Source: an uncultured Nitrososphaerota archaeon
GTDB lineage: Archaea; Thermoproteota; Nitrososphaeria; Nitrososphaerales; Gagatemarchaeaceae
Assembly: GCA_963703285.1 (NCBI GenBank)
Contig: OY969807.1
Span: 1,024,001-1,088,000 of the forward strand
Direction of reading: 5' to 3'
Length of the DNA stretch: 64,000 bases
Shown here: positions 29,581 through 38,957 of the stretch, in pieces
Layout: each line of letters opens with the position of its first letter
Position numbering within the stretch: the first letter of the stretch is position 1
Position numbers and translations under genes: made by a program
Notes under the pieces: model-generated
Database searches by the model: none
Seen by the model: only the letters and a program-made list of their open reading frames with translations
Told to the model about the DNA's origin: nothing

Positions 29581-29592
29581 CCCAATATTGGG
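29581..29592. promoter_or_regulatory. Perfect palindrome, candidate operator of the LUD gene
   Basis: CCCAATATTGGG between the AT-rich TATA region (~29599-29610) and the start at 29568. Confidence 0.55.
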
Positions 29593-29636
29593 AGTGCAAT
29601 ATAAGTATATCGGGTGTCCAACAATATGGAGTCTGA

Positions 29637-30092
29637 CTAGGGCTGAGGCATGGCGCGCCAAGCCCGGGCGGCTTCGTACCAGAATATCGCGCCGGCGATG
29701 GCAACCAGCAAGGTGAGCCATCCCGCAATGGGAACGCCCGAGTACTCCGTGAGGTAGACCCAGGCCATGTAGCCTACGAGGATGGTGTAGAAGACAGCGT
29801 AGAAGACGAACCGGGGTATCAGAGAAGTGCCGACTCTGAGGAAGTCCCTGAGAACGTCGACCTTGACCTCCTTCATCACCTCATACTCCCCGTTCTCCTC
29901 CCTGACCAGCCCGAGCTCGTTCAGTTTGTTGAGGTGGTACTGCGCCAGCGATGGGTTTGAGAGCCCGAGAGCGCGCTGCACCTCCCTCACGCCGACCCGG
30001 TCCCTCTTCAGGGCGTAGACATACACCCTCAGGGTGTTCCCCTTCAGTTCAGCGTCGACCTTTCCCTTCTCTGACAAGACGCGGGTCACCAT
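29637..30092 (-). CDS. Membrane-anchored wHTH regulator
   Basis: LKGNTLRVY..VGVREVQRALGLSNPSLAQYHLNKL followed by two C-terminal TM helices. Confidence 0.85.
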   Translation of the reverse strand: MVTRVLSEKGKVDAELKGNTLRVYVYALKRDRVGVREVQRALGLSNPSLAQYHLNKLNELGLVREENGEYEVMKEVKVDVLRDFLRVGTSLIPRFVFYAVFYTILVGYMAWVYLTEYSGVPIAGWLTLLVAIAGAIFWYEAARAWRAMPQP

Positions 30093-30140
30093 GGGACCGC
30101 CTCCTGGCTCTTTTAAATCAAAAATGGAGGGCAGAGACGG

Positions 30141-31379
30141 CTACGAGGCCGTCACCACTTCGCTGGCGGACGTCTGCGTCCCGATCACGGTCACGAGGTA
30201 CTGATGGCCCTTGATGATTCCGCCAATCGGTGTCTCGATTGCCATTCCTAGGAAGCCGATGATGATGATACCATGGTGCGTCAAGGTGGCAGTGGCGCCG
30301 GGCGGCAGCTCCAATCCTCGTTGTCCGAACAGGGACGCAGATATCGTGCTGGCGCTCGTCATCATGGTCGCATGCGCGAATACCTGAATCTGGACCAGCG
30401 TGCCGTTGCTGAGTACGACGAAGATGGCCGACTGCCCGAGTGCCGTCGGCAGCACTCCTCCGTGACCCGCGGCCGTCGCGTTGGCGACCGGCGTGATTGT
30501 GACGAGGTTAAGCAGGGTCGAGTTTCCTCCCGTGTTGAGGACCGTGAGGTTGAGGTAGGTCGAGTTCAGAGCCGCCGACCCTATAGAGATCTTGGCCGTG
30601 GACCTCTGCTCGATCGATTGCCACCAGCTGGAGCCGTTCAGGTTCATCTTGAACCCTTGCTGCTGTTGCTGCGTGGTGATGGCGCTGGAGGGTACGGGAT
30701 AAGCCGTCGCGACGGACGTTATGATGAACTCGGGGGTCGCCTGACTTCCCACGTTGATGACCGTCGGCGAGATATCGACCAGCGTCGCGCTCGGCGTCGA
30801 AGCGCTCACCTCGATGCCACCTACTATGGGTATCGACAGCTCGCTGGTCTGGACGAACGCTGTGTAGTTCGTACCGTAGTAAGTCACCTCTGCGCTCGTT
30901 ATGTTGAACCGGATTTCGTTGTAGATGCCGAAATTGACCCTGACAGATGAGATCGTCTGGCTGACGTTGACGGTACCCATCAGCTCGATCGAGCCCGATG
31001 CCTTCACGACTGTCCACCCGCTGTTGTTGCCGGCTCCCGATACGTGGACCTCGAGGTCGGCGTAGTTCACGTAGACCTTGGTGACGCCGGTGGGGACGCA
31101 GGGAGGGTCGGTGAGGAGGACGGAGAGCGTCCCCTGACCCTGGGGACCGGTCGACTGTTGGGACGTCGACTGCGTGGAAGCTTGTGAAGTCTGCTGGGAC
31201 GATTGCGCCGTCGCAGACGAGGTAGACGTCAACTGAAATGAAGAGCTGGAAGGAATCGTTGTCGTCGTCAGCAGTGTTCCGGAGAGCACCGCCGCTGAGA
31301 TCAGGGCTAATGCGGCGACCGCAGCGACTGTGGCTGCGAGGACCGTTGACCTCTTTGTGTTCATGGCCTTGGGTTGCAT
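30141..31379 (-). CDS. DUF4382-like secreted/surface protein
   Basis: Signal/anchor, S/T/Q linker, LSVLLTDPP..VYVNY..EVH..YNEIRFNIT. Confidence 0.75.
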   Translation of the reverse strand: MQPKAMNTKRSTVLAATVAAVAALALISAAVLSGTLLTTTTIPSSSSFQLTSTSSATAQSSQQTSQASTQSTSQQSTGPQGQGTLSVLLTDPPCVPTGVTKVYVNYADLEVHVSGAGNNSGWTVVKASGSIELMGTVNVSQTISSVRVNFGIYNEIRFNITSAEVTYYGTNYTAFVQTSELSIPIVGGIEVSASTPSATLVDISPTVINVGSQATPEFIITSVATAYPVPSSAITTQQQQQGFKMNLNGSSWWQSIEQRSTAKISIGSAALNSTYLNLTVLNTGGNSTLLNLVTITPVANATAAGHGGVLPTALGQSAIFVVLSNGTLVQIQVFAHATMMTSASTISASLFGQRGLELPPGATATLTHHGIIIIGFLGMAIETPIGGIIKGHQYLVTVIGTQTSASEVVTAS

Positions 31380-31528
31380 GGTGAATGACTTGAACCAGCA
31401 TTTTTGAACGCGCCTCGGAGCGCGCATCTGGCTTCCAAGTCGTCGTTCATCCCAGTTGAACGTCACTGCAGCCGTCTGAACCTCGTGAACGCTTTAGAAC
31501 CGCTGAATCCGGACTGAGACAGTACAAA

Positions 31529-32368
31529 TTGGACCTGTTCCTCCTGCGATTGCTCCTCTCATTCGCCATCGGAGGGACGTGGGTGACGATAACCACGGAG
31601 GTTACGGTGAGGCACGGGTCCAGAGTCGGGGGCGTCCTGGCCGGGTTCCCGTCAATAGTCGCATTCTCCCTGGCCTTCATCGCTTGGACTCAATCGACCG
31701 GGGCCGCGGTGGACGCGACGACAGCGCTCCCCCTGGCGCTAGGCTTTACCGCCGCGTATCCCCTTGTCTACAGCGCCCTCGCCAAGGACAGAAGGTTCTC
31801 TGTCGCGCTCCTCTCCTCCCTTGCGTTCTGGGCCGTATCCGCTTTCACCACGACACTTATCATCATCGAAACCGGCGTTGGGTTCACCGTCTCGCTCGCC
31901 GGATTCCTCACGGTCTGGGCTCTTGCGTACATCTCCCTCTCCCGGAGGATCAAGGTGCGGGTCTCGGTTCGAGGCATAAGAATCAGGCCCTTCGACTGGT
32001 TGTGGCGGTTCGCCCTGGCGGGCGGGATGGTCGTCGGGGCCATCCTCCTTAGCGAGACCCTCGGACCGGTTGCTGGAGGAGCCTTCGCATCCTTCCCCGC
32101 GATAGTATCGTCCACCATCTTCGTGGTCAGCCGCGTCGATGGGGTGGAGGCATCCAGAGGTCTGGCCACGCCCGTGATGTTCTCGACCATCCTTACGGTC
32201 GTACCGTACGTGATCGTCGCTAGACTCGCCTTCCCGGCGCTGGGGGTCCTCGGGGGCACTCTAGCCGCATATGCAGCGGCGGCACCACTCTCGGTGTTCG
32301 CGTACTTCCTACTTGGCAGGATGGGATCAAGTGGGACGACTGGAGACGGCCCTACGACCCAATCGTAG
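31529..32368 (+). CDS. DUF3147-like duplicated membrane protein
   Basis: Two repeats with GGVLAGFP and GGAFASFP; multi-TM. Confidence 0.7.
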   Translation: MDLFLLRLLLSFAIGGTWVTITTEVTVRHGSRVGGVLAGFPSIVAFSLAFIAWTQSTGAAVDATTALPLALGFTAAYPLVYSALAKDRRFSVALLSSLAFWAVSAFTTTLIIIETGVGFTVSLAGFLTVWALAYISLSRRIKVRVSVRGIRIRPFDWLWRFALAGGMVVGAILLSETLGPVAGGAFASFPAIVSSTIFVVSRVDGVEASRGLATPVMFSTILTVVPYVIVARLAFPALGVLGGTLAAYAAAAPLSVFAYFLLGRMGSSGTTGDGPTTQS

Positions 32369-32457
32369 GACGCGACGGCGACGCGATCGTGGTCATGAAA
32401 GCTCAGCGGGGATTTCGGACCTCTTCCGCTTCCCGTTTCCAAGGTCCCGGAATCGAT

Positions 32458-33027
32458 CTATTCGGGGACCCGGGCGCCGCAAGCTCCGCAGAATATGGCG
32501 CCTTCGCGAAGCCGCGAACCGCACTTTATGCAGTAGTTGAGCGGCCCGTGGCCAGCCCCAGAAGGGGCGTCCGCCGACGAAATCGGGGCGCTCTGGGGAC
32601 CCAGCGTGACAGACCCGACGGGACCGAGCGGGACGACTATGTTTGACCTTGTTGCCTTGTATGTCAGCCCCATGTAACCGCCTATCGCCGTGAGGATGAA
32701 ACCAATCAGGAGGCCGCCGAGCGCGGGCAGGGCGCCCAGGAACAGCATCACGACAGCCAGTATCCCTCCCGTCTTCCTCCGCGCAGGGATCTCCGACTTC
32801 ATGAGGAACCCTCCGAGGGTTATCAAAATCCCTGAGGCAATGCCGAAACCCCCGACAAGCGAGACTGCTCCGCCAATCCCTGAGGTACTGCCCAGTCCCA
32901 ATGCGCTCAAATCCAGGCTGTTCACGCTTGACGTTAAGGCGCCTGCGAAGCCAACGACCAGCGCGCCACCAATGATGTAGAACACGCCTCCTACCATCGT
33001 CAAGATGACAGCGGACGAGTTGCGCAA
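32458..33027 (-). CDS. Membrane protein with C-terminal zinc ribbon
   Basis: About four TM segments followed by YCIKCG..FCGACG. Confidence 0.8.
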   Translation of the reverse strand: MRNSSAVILTMVGGVFYIIGGALVVGFAGALTSSVNSLDLSALGLGSTSGIGGAVSLVGGFGIASGILITLGGFLMKSEIPARRKTGGILAVVMLFLGALPALGGLLIGFILTAIGGYMGLTYKATRSNIVVPLGPVGSVTLGPQSAPISSADAPSGAGHGPLNYCIKCGSRLREGAIFCGACGARVPE

Positions 33028-33121
33028 TTTGAGCCGCTTGAACTCTTGGTCGACGGTTCGTATTTAAGGGATAAACGCGCGACTCATCCTTCGGTTCCAC
33101 CTTCCCTTTGCTGAGCCCCGT

Positions 33122-33304
33122 AGCGGAGCGACCGCGACCATAACCACCCCCCAGGGCGCGGCTGGAGCCCAGGAGCTCAGCTTCGCACCGGCGGCGCTGC
33201 CCGGGGTATCTCCCAACCTCAAGCAGGGTTCGACGTTCACCGTGACACTCACCACGCCAGGGGCATACACCTACGTCTGCGACTACCACAGCTGGATGCT
33301 GGGA
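33122..33304 (+). pseudogene. Cupredoxin/plastocyanin remnant
   Basis: ..LSFAPA..NLKQGSTFTVTLTTPGAYTYVCDYHSWMLG carries the C-terminal Cys/His/Met ligands; no start codon and no N-terminal His strand. Confidence 0.7.
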
Positions 33305-33401
33305 CCATATCCTTTACCGGATAGGGCAGGCAGTCCAAGCGCCCCCCGAGGTGTCGTCAAGTGGCCGAGTTTATTAGTCGAGGCTTTCTATCAGCCATGG
33401 G

Positions 33402-33680
33402 TTGGCGATAAGGGTCCACCTGGCTGGTTATCTGGGTGCCTACACTAACTCGAACCTTGACATCGACCTTGCCAAAGCTGGCGATGTCCTCGACGTCCTC
33501 TCGAGCCTCTCGGGGATGTTTCCCCATGTCAGGGAGAGAATTCTTGATGACCAGGAAAGGACGAGGCCGTACGTCAACATCTTTGTGAACGAGAATAACA
33601 TAAGGGACCTCCAGAGAGAAAGAACGAAGGTGAGCGACGGGGACCACGTGTACATACTGGCTGCCGTCGCCGGAGGTTAG
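33402..33680 (+). CDS. Ubiquitin-like MoaD/ThiS/SAMP protein
   Basis: RPYVNIFVN..DGDHVYILAAVAGG* with C-terminal diglycine. Confidence 0.93.
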   Translation: MAIRVHLAGYLGAYTNSNLDIDLAKAGDVLDVLSSLSGMFPHVRERILDDQERTRPYVNIFVNENNIRDLQRERTKVSDGDHVYILAAVAGG

Positions 33681-33689
33681 GAACTAGCG

Positions 33690-34769
33690 ATGAACAACAA
33701 AACCACGGTGATGGTTGGGACGAAGAAGGGAGCGTTCGTCTTCGAGTCGGAGGACGACAGGAGGACGTGGAAGTCGTCGGGCCCCCACTTCAAGGGAACC
33801 GAGGTCTACCACGTCACCTACGACCCGAGGAACAAGACGATGTTGGCCGCCGTCGACAGCTTCGTCTGGGGGCCGACCGTAGCCAAGAGCACCGACATGG
33901 GGAGGAATTGGAAGGAGAGCAAGAAGGCTCCAAAGCTCCCGCGCGAGAGTAAGCTCTCGGTCGTCAGGATCTGGCACATTCAGCCTGCCAACGAAGATGA
34001 ACCCGACGTTGTGTACTGCGGGACGGACCCGGCGGAGCTCTTCAAGAGCAAGGATGGGGGCGAAAGCTGGACTCTCAACAAAGCCCTCTTCAAGGATGAG
34101 ACGCGGCCGAAGTGGCAGGCCGGGTTCGGCGGACTCTGTCTTCACTCGATACTAGTCCACCCCAAGGATCCCGATTCCCTCCTCGTGGCCATATCCGCCG
34201 TGGGCGTAATGAAGTCGACCGATGGCGGAGAGAGCTGGGCCTTCAGGAACAAGGACGTGCTCGCCGACTTTTTTCCCCCCAAGCGCCAGTATCCGGAATA
34301 CGGCCAATGCCCCCACCACCTGGTGCGTCACCCCTCTCGGCCAGACGTGATCTATCAGCAGAATCACTGCGGAGTCTACAGGAGTGACGACGGGGCGGAG
34401 ACCTGGGTTGACATAAGCAGGGGCCTGCCCTCGCGCTTTGGCTTCCCGGTAGCGGTCGACTCCAACGACCCTAGACGAATCTACGTGGGACCCGCCGCGT
34501 CGGGGGCCGCCAGAATACCGCCGAAGAACAGGTTCCTGGTGTGGGCATCGGACGACGCCGGCAAATCCTGGTCCTCGCTAGGCGCTGGTCTCCCGAAGAG
34601 ATCCTTCTACAACGTGTTGAGGGAGGGCATGGCTTCGGACACGGAAGACCCCTGCGGGGTCTACTTCGGGACCACCACGGGCCAGCTCTACGGTTCCAGG
34701 AACGGGGGAAGGAGGTGGGGGCTGATCGCGGACGGCTTGCCTCCGATCTACTCGGTAGTGGCCACCTGA
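33690..34769 (+). CDS. BNR/Asp-box beta-propeller protein (sialidase-like fold)
   Basis: VGTKKGAF, repeated S-x-D-x-G-x-x-W boxes, QCPH, QQNHCGVYRSDD and GLPPIYSV; no signal peptide. Confidence 0.88.
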   Translation: MNNKTTVMVGTKKGAFVFESEDDRRTWKSSGPHFKGTEVYHVTYDPRNKTMLAAVDSFVWGPTVAKSTDMGRNWKESKKAPKLPRESKLSVVRIWHIQPANEDEPDVVYCGTDPAELFKSKDGGESWTLNKALFKDETRPKWQAGFGGLCLHSILVHPKDPDSLLVAISAVGVMKSTDGGESWAFRNKDVLADFFPPKRQYPEYGQCPHHLVRHPSRPDVIYQQNHCGVYRSDDGAETWVDISRGLPSRFGFPVAVDSNDPRRIYVGPAASGAARIPPKNRFLVWASDDAGKSWSSLGAGLPKRSFYNVLREGMASDTEDPCGVYFGTTTGQLYGSRNGGRRWGLIADGLPPIYSVVAT

Positions 34770-34773
34770 GAAC

Positions 34774-35442
34774 TTAACCCGCCCCCTCAGGCGCCGTCTT
34801 TTCCGGGGGATTGTCCGGTCGCAGAGCCCTGCCGACCCAGTAGAAGGCGAGCGGAACGTACCAGATGAAGAGCCTGACGGGGGTCCCGAGGAACATCCAC
34901 TGCCAGAAGACAGGGACTATGGAAATCAGCATCAGGAGAGCCGAAACAATCATGCGGTCCCGACCATTGCGAAAGCCGCGTGCCACATCGGGTGCCACCA
35001 GCTTCTTCTCCTCCATGCTGATTACGTGGGCGAATAGCGCCAGTATCGTCAGGATGCCCGTCAGGTCTAGCGCGAACAGGGTCGAAGAGTAGTCCTTTAT
35101 CGCCGAAGCCTGCGAGGCGGTGAGAGAACCGTTGACGAGCGCGATGCTGTTGAGGAGGTAGGGGACGAGGGCCACCAGCAGGAGCAGAGCCACGTTGAGG
35201 AACGTCGCGGCGCGAGTCTCGATGGGTAACACCGACATCTGCGTCGTATAGATCATCCAGGCGGTGATGAGGATGAGGAACGTGAAGGCGAAGGCGAATA
35301 TGTGGTCATTGATTTGGCCGGAGTTGAGCGGCGAGTTCGCAATGAGGGCGATTGACCCGATAGAGAGCGAGAGGCCGAAGATGAGGTCTGCCAGCGCCTC
35401 CATCCTGGGACGCGGGCGCCCCTTGACTGGCTCTCTCTGCAT
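34774..35442 (-). CDS. TMEM175 (DUF1211)-like channel protein
   Basis: RMEALADLIFGLSLSI resembles RxxxFSDxVFAI; multi-TM. Confidence 0.7.
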   Translation of the reverse strand: MQREPVKGRPRPRMEALADLIFGLSLSIGSIALIANSPLNSGQINDHIFAFAFTFLILITAWMIYTTQMSVLPIETRAATFLNVALLLLVALVPYLLNSIALVNGSLTASQASAIKDYSSTLFALDLTGILTILALFAHVISMEEKKLVAPDVARGFRNGRDRMIVSALLMLISIVPVFWQWMFLGTPVRLFIWYVPLAFYWVGRALRPDNPPEKTAPEGAG

Positions 35443-35527
35443 CCTGACGCTATGGAGGGACCTCGGTATTTGGTCTTTTTTAACGGTTGGAGGACGCGGC
35501 GAATGTGGAGGGACGGCGGCGTGCGAG

Positions 35528-36010
35528 CTACTCAAGACTCAGGTAAAGGAAGACGACGTACGCGCACACCGTAAGCACGTCAGCCGAGGGACTGGAGAGA
35601 CCCGGTTCGAGAGAGACGGGCCCGTAGTATCCTATTATCAGAGGATAGGAGAGCAGGGACTGCACCAAGAGCGCGACCAGCATGACTACGAGTCCGAGGG
35701 AGAAGGCTGCCCTGGTCTCAGCGTACATCCGAATGTATATGACGAGCAGCGCCAGTAGAAGAGCCACCTCGACCGTGGTCAGCACCACGTGGAACTGGAG
35801 CACGGGGTCGGCCTGGAAGTGTGGAGGGAACCCGAACCTCCCGGGGGAAGGAAACTCTGGCGTGCTCATGCTGCCGTAGGAAATCGCTTCTCCGACCACG
35901 AGGCCTATGATGATCACCACAGGAACCCAGAGCTTCTGGATGTAGGAGCGTTTCTTCGACGGTTCGCTGGGTGCCGGGGCCGGTGGCACGCTGGGTTGGT
36001 CCTGGCTCAT
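35528..36010 (-). CDS. Membrane protein, paralog of 8747..9028
   Basis: LLALLVIYIRMYAETRAAFSLGLVV compared with LLIGLIYLYARIVMKTRAGYSIGLLI. Confidence 0.8.
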   Translation of the reverse strand: MSQDQPSVPPAPAPSEPSKKRSYIQKLWVPVVIIIGLVVGEAISYGSMSTPEFPSPGRFGFPPHFQADPVLQFHVVLTTVEVALLLALLVIYIRMYAETRAAFSLGLVVMLVALLVQSLLSYPLIIGYYGPVSLEPGLSSPSADVLTVCAYVVFLYLSLE

Positions 36011-36140
36011 GGGGCGACCTTCCCTGTCGGCGGGGGCTTCTTCTTATTGATAGCCTCATGCGACTTCGAGAGGGATTCCATCGCTTCGGAGAATCGGTCC
36101 GCGGTGCGAGCTTTCATCATGAGACAGGACCCGAGCCACC

Positions 36141-37379
36141 CTAGGGGGGTGGCCTCTGTCCGATCGTCACGTTCACCGTGATGAGTTGCCCCGACCTTAT
36201 GACTCCGAGCTGAACCGTCTGCCCGACCGAGGTGTTCTGCTCCAGGTACGTGGAGAGCGCGTCGGTGTTCACGATTCTAGCGCCGTTGATCGACACTATG
36301 ATGTCTCCGCCCACCATGTACTCGGATCCGTCCACGGTCACCGTCTTGGTCCCTGCCCTCAGCCCTGCCTGGCTGGCCGGGCCTCCGGAGACGACGCTCT
36401 CGATGAGCACTCCGTAAGTGACGTTAGTGCCCGAAGCCTGGGCGAGCTGGTAGTTCATGTCCACGCCCCCTATTCCCAAGTAGGGGTGTGAGGTGTAAGC
36501 GCCCGTGTTTATGAGGGACTGGAGCTCCCTGGTTATGGTGTCTGACGGGATCGCGAACCCCACTCCCTGCGAACCGTTCACAGTGGCCGTCGTTATGCCG
36601 ATCACGTCTCCGGCCGCGTCCAGCAATGGCCCCCCGGAGTTCCCGGGGTTGATTGGAGCGCTGAACTGAATCACGCCGGAGATCGAGTAGTTGCCCGTAG
36701 TCGCTTCCTGGATGGTCCTCCCCAGCTGGCTAACGATGCCGAAGGTCATCGAGCTGGCGAGTCCGTAAGGATTCCCGATCACGACGACCGGCTCTCCGAT
36801 GACGACTCCGGAGGAGGAGACGATCTGCAGGGGCGTGTACTCGTTCGCAGGAGCCGTCGGGGCGCTGACGACAGCCAAGTCGCTGTAGGCGTCAGTACCC
36901 ACGACCTTGAGTGGGTATGCGTCGCCGTCTGAGAAGGTGACCGTTATGTTCGTGAACCCGTTTACCACGTGGTAGTTGGTGACGATGTAGTAGGCGCCAG
37001 AATACGAGATGACGAAACCCGAGCCGAGGACCGTCTCAACGGACGTGGATGGGCCGAGGAGAGTGTCCGTTGTCACGAGCGCGCTTCCCTGGATCGTGAC
37101 CACGCTCCTGTTGTCTGTTGCGTAGATCAGTTCAGGGTTTATCCCCGAGATGGAGGCGTTGACCGTCGAGGCGCTCAGACTTGCTATCTGCGACTGGAGC
37201 GCGCTGTTCGAGCTCTCGAGGCTCGAGATCGTGCTCTGGAGGGAGCTTATCGTCGAGCCGGTCGAGTCGCCCGCCTGTCCGAGCTCCTGAATATAGATGA
37301 GGCCCGATCCGACCAGCAGCACAAGGACAACTCCAAGGAGAAGGTTTCTGCGGGCGTGACTCTGCTTCTCGGGAACCAT
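36141..37379 (-). CDS. htrA: HtrA/DegP-like membrane-anchored serine protease with PDZ domain
   Basis: TNYHVV, SDLAV, INPGNSGGPL; coiled coil; PDZ YLGI..GPA..AGL..GDII. Confidence 0.93.
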   Translation of the reverse strand: MVPEKQSHARRNLLLGVVLVLLVGSGLIYIQELGQAGDSTGSTISSLQSTISSLESSNSALQSQIASLSASTVNASISGINPELIYATDNRSVVTIQGSALVTTDTLLGPSTSVETVLGSGFVISYSGAYYIVTNYHVVNGFTNITVTFSDGDAYPLKVVGTDAYSDLAVVSAPTAPANEYTPLQIVSSSGVVIGEPVVVIGNPYGLASSMTFGIVSQLGRTIQEATTGNYSISGVIQFSAPINPGNSGGPLLDAAGDVIGITTATVNGSQGVGFAIPSDTITRELQSLINTGAYTSHPYLGIGGVDMNYQLAQASGTNVTYGVLIESVVSGGPASQAGLRAGTKTVTVDGSEYMVGGDIIVSINGARIVNTDALSTYLEQNTSVGQTVQLGVIRSGQLITVNVTIGQRPPP

Positions 37380-37418
37380 TTTACGGCCGGGTTCCGCTCT
37401 GATTACTATTTAGCGGAT

Positions 37419-37439
37419 TTCCTGAATCGTTCCATAATT
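37419..37439 (-). promoter_or_regulatory. 21-bp upstream element, copy 2
   Basis: Identical to 23272-23292 with the same 6-bp spacing from tattta. Confidence 0.8.
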
Positions 37440-37578
37440 CTTAGAGAATTTGTGCGGCGCAGGACCGTTGGATGTTCGAGTGCCGCGTGTTTCGAGAATG
37501 CCAGTCGGCGAGTTACTGCACGTCAGGTCCATCAATCGCCTTTTAGGCTAGGTCAGATTCGGCCGCCTCCGTTCGACC

Positions 37579-38178
37579 ATGGCGGGCCCATTCCTGGATG
37601 AGCTCCTGAGGGGCACCGTGGCCCTCCTGATCGTCGTCGACCCGGCCGGGTTGGTCCCGGTGGTCCTTGCGCTGACGAGGGGCATGACCAAAGTCAAGAG
37701 GACGAGCACCTTCCACATCGCTCTGATCACTGGGTCAGTCCTCCTCGTCACATTCGCCGTGGCGGGCACGGAGCTGCTCAATCTGTTTGGCATAACCATC
37801 TACAGCTTCATGATCGCGGGCGGCATCCTGCTGATGATCCTGGCCATGCAGATGATGTTCAGGGGAGGTCTTATCTCGACGGGGGGTTCGGAAGAGGACG
37901 TTGGCGTAGTCCCCATCGCGTTCCCCCTCCTCGTCGGCCCCGGTGCCATAACGACAACCATCGTGACCCTGCAGATCTCTGGAATCGTCGTGGCGCTCCT
38001 CTCGATTGCGATCGTGATGTCGGTGACCTGGCTCGTGCTAAGGTATCTCGACAGGATCGATTCCGTCCTCGGACGCCGTGGCACCGCCGTGCTCTCGACC
38101 CTGATGGCCGTCTTCATAGCTGCCATCGCGGTCCAGTTCATCCTCACCGGGATCCAGTTCTACTATCCGGCAGGCTAG
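37579..38178 (+). CDS. MarC family membrane protein
   Basis: VVDPAG..FMIAGGILL..VVPIAFPLLVGPGAIT. Confidence 0.92.
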   Translation: MAGPFLDELLRGTVALLIVVDPAGLVPVVLALTRGMTKVKRTSTFHIALITGSVLLVTFAVAGTELLNLFGITIYSFMIAGGILLMILAMQMMFRGGLISTGGSEEDVGVVPIAFPLLVGPGAITTTIVTLQISGIVVALLSIAIVMSVTWLVLRYLDRIDSVLGRRGTAVLSTLMAVFIAAIAVQFILTGIQFYYPAG

Positions 38179-38530
38179 GCGCAGCTTCGATTCGTGAAAC
38201 CGGGCGCACCCTAGGTCCACAACTCTCAATTCCGCTGTTTGCGCCGCCTGGTCTACGTCGCGATCCCGATCACGGTGGGCATCCTGACTTCCACAGCCCA
38301 CTAGGGTCAGCACCATCCACTGGATCTTATAGCTGGAGCACTGTACGCCCTCGTCCCCTGCCTCAGCAGAGCGGAAGATGATCTCTCCCTTTGGGACGAG
38401 CAGGTGTCTCCGGCGGCCGTCAGGCGACCTCAACCCCCGGCAGAATCCCGACCCAGCCAGATGATGGCAACCCTCGCATACGCTCTGGCCCATGCAGGGT
38501 CGTTGGGATAGATACCGAACTGAGGATGGC

Positions 38531-38902
38531 TCATCTCGAGAGCGTCCGTCTTCGTCTTCGTATGGCCGTCTTGTGCTTCGGCTGGTAGAGCCCGAGGTCC
38601 CCGCCTCCAGGGAGCCTCATCGCAGTGACGTATCCAAAGCTCTCCTCCGAGACGGGCTTCGGGAACCTGATCCCTCTGGCCCGAAGGTCCTTCATCGTCG
38701 ACTTGGGGTCGTCGCACATGAGAAAGAGCTCGTGAACGTCGTTCTCATCCCCCGGATGGAGGCCCAACTCCGCAGGGGGGAGCGAGAAGATCAGCCAGCC
38801 GTCCCCAGTGTCGACGAACGAACGCTTCAGGACGTCCCTGAAGAACGCGCGGTCCTTCTCGGGATGCTTGCTGTATATGAGAGCGTGAACGCCCGTAATC
38901 AT
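38531..38902 (-). CDS. VOC/glyoxalase family protein
   Basis: MITGVHALIYS..DRAFFRDVL..GWLIFSLPPAELGLHP..LYQPKH. Confidence 0.88.
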   Translation of the reverse strand: MITGVHALIYSKHPEKDRAFFRDVLKRSFVDTGDGWLIFSLPPAELGLHPGDENDVHELFLMCDDPKSTMKDLRARGIRFPKPVSEESFGYVTAMRLPGGGDLGLYQPKHKTAIRRRRRTLSR

Positions 38903-38957
38903 GGTATCGCTTCCTGTCGCCGCCGCCAATAAACCTTCGAGGTCCGTTCGGCCGATG

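Noticed and set aside
38180-38530. Gene in the marC-VOC gap (38038..38493)
   Set aside because: Overlaps marC antisense and has no recognisable motif.
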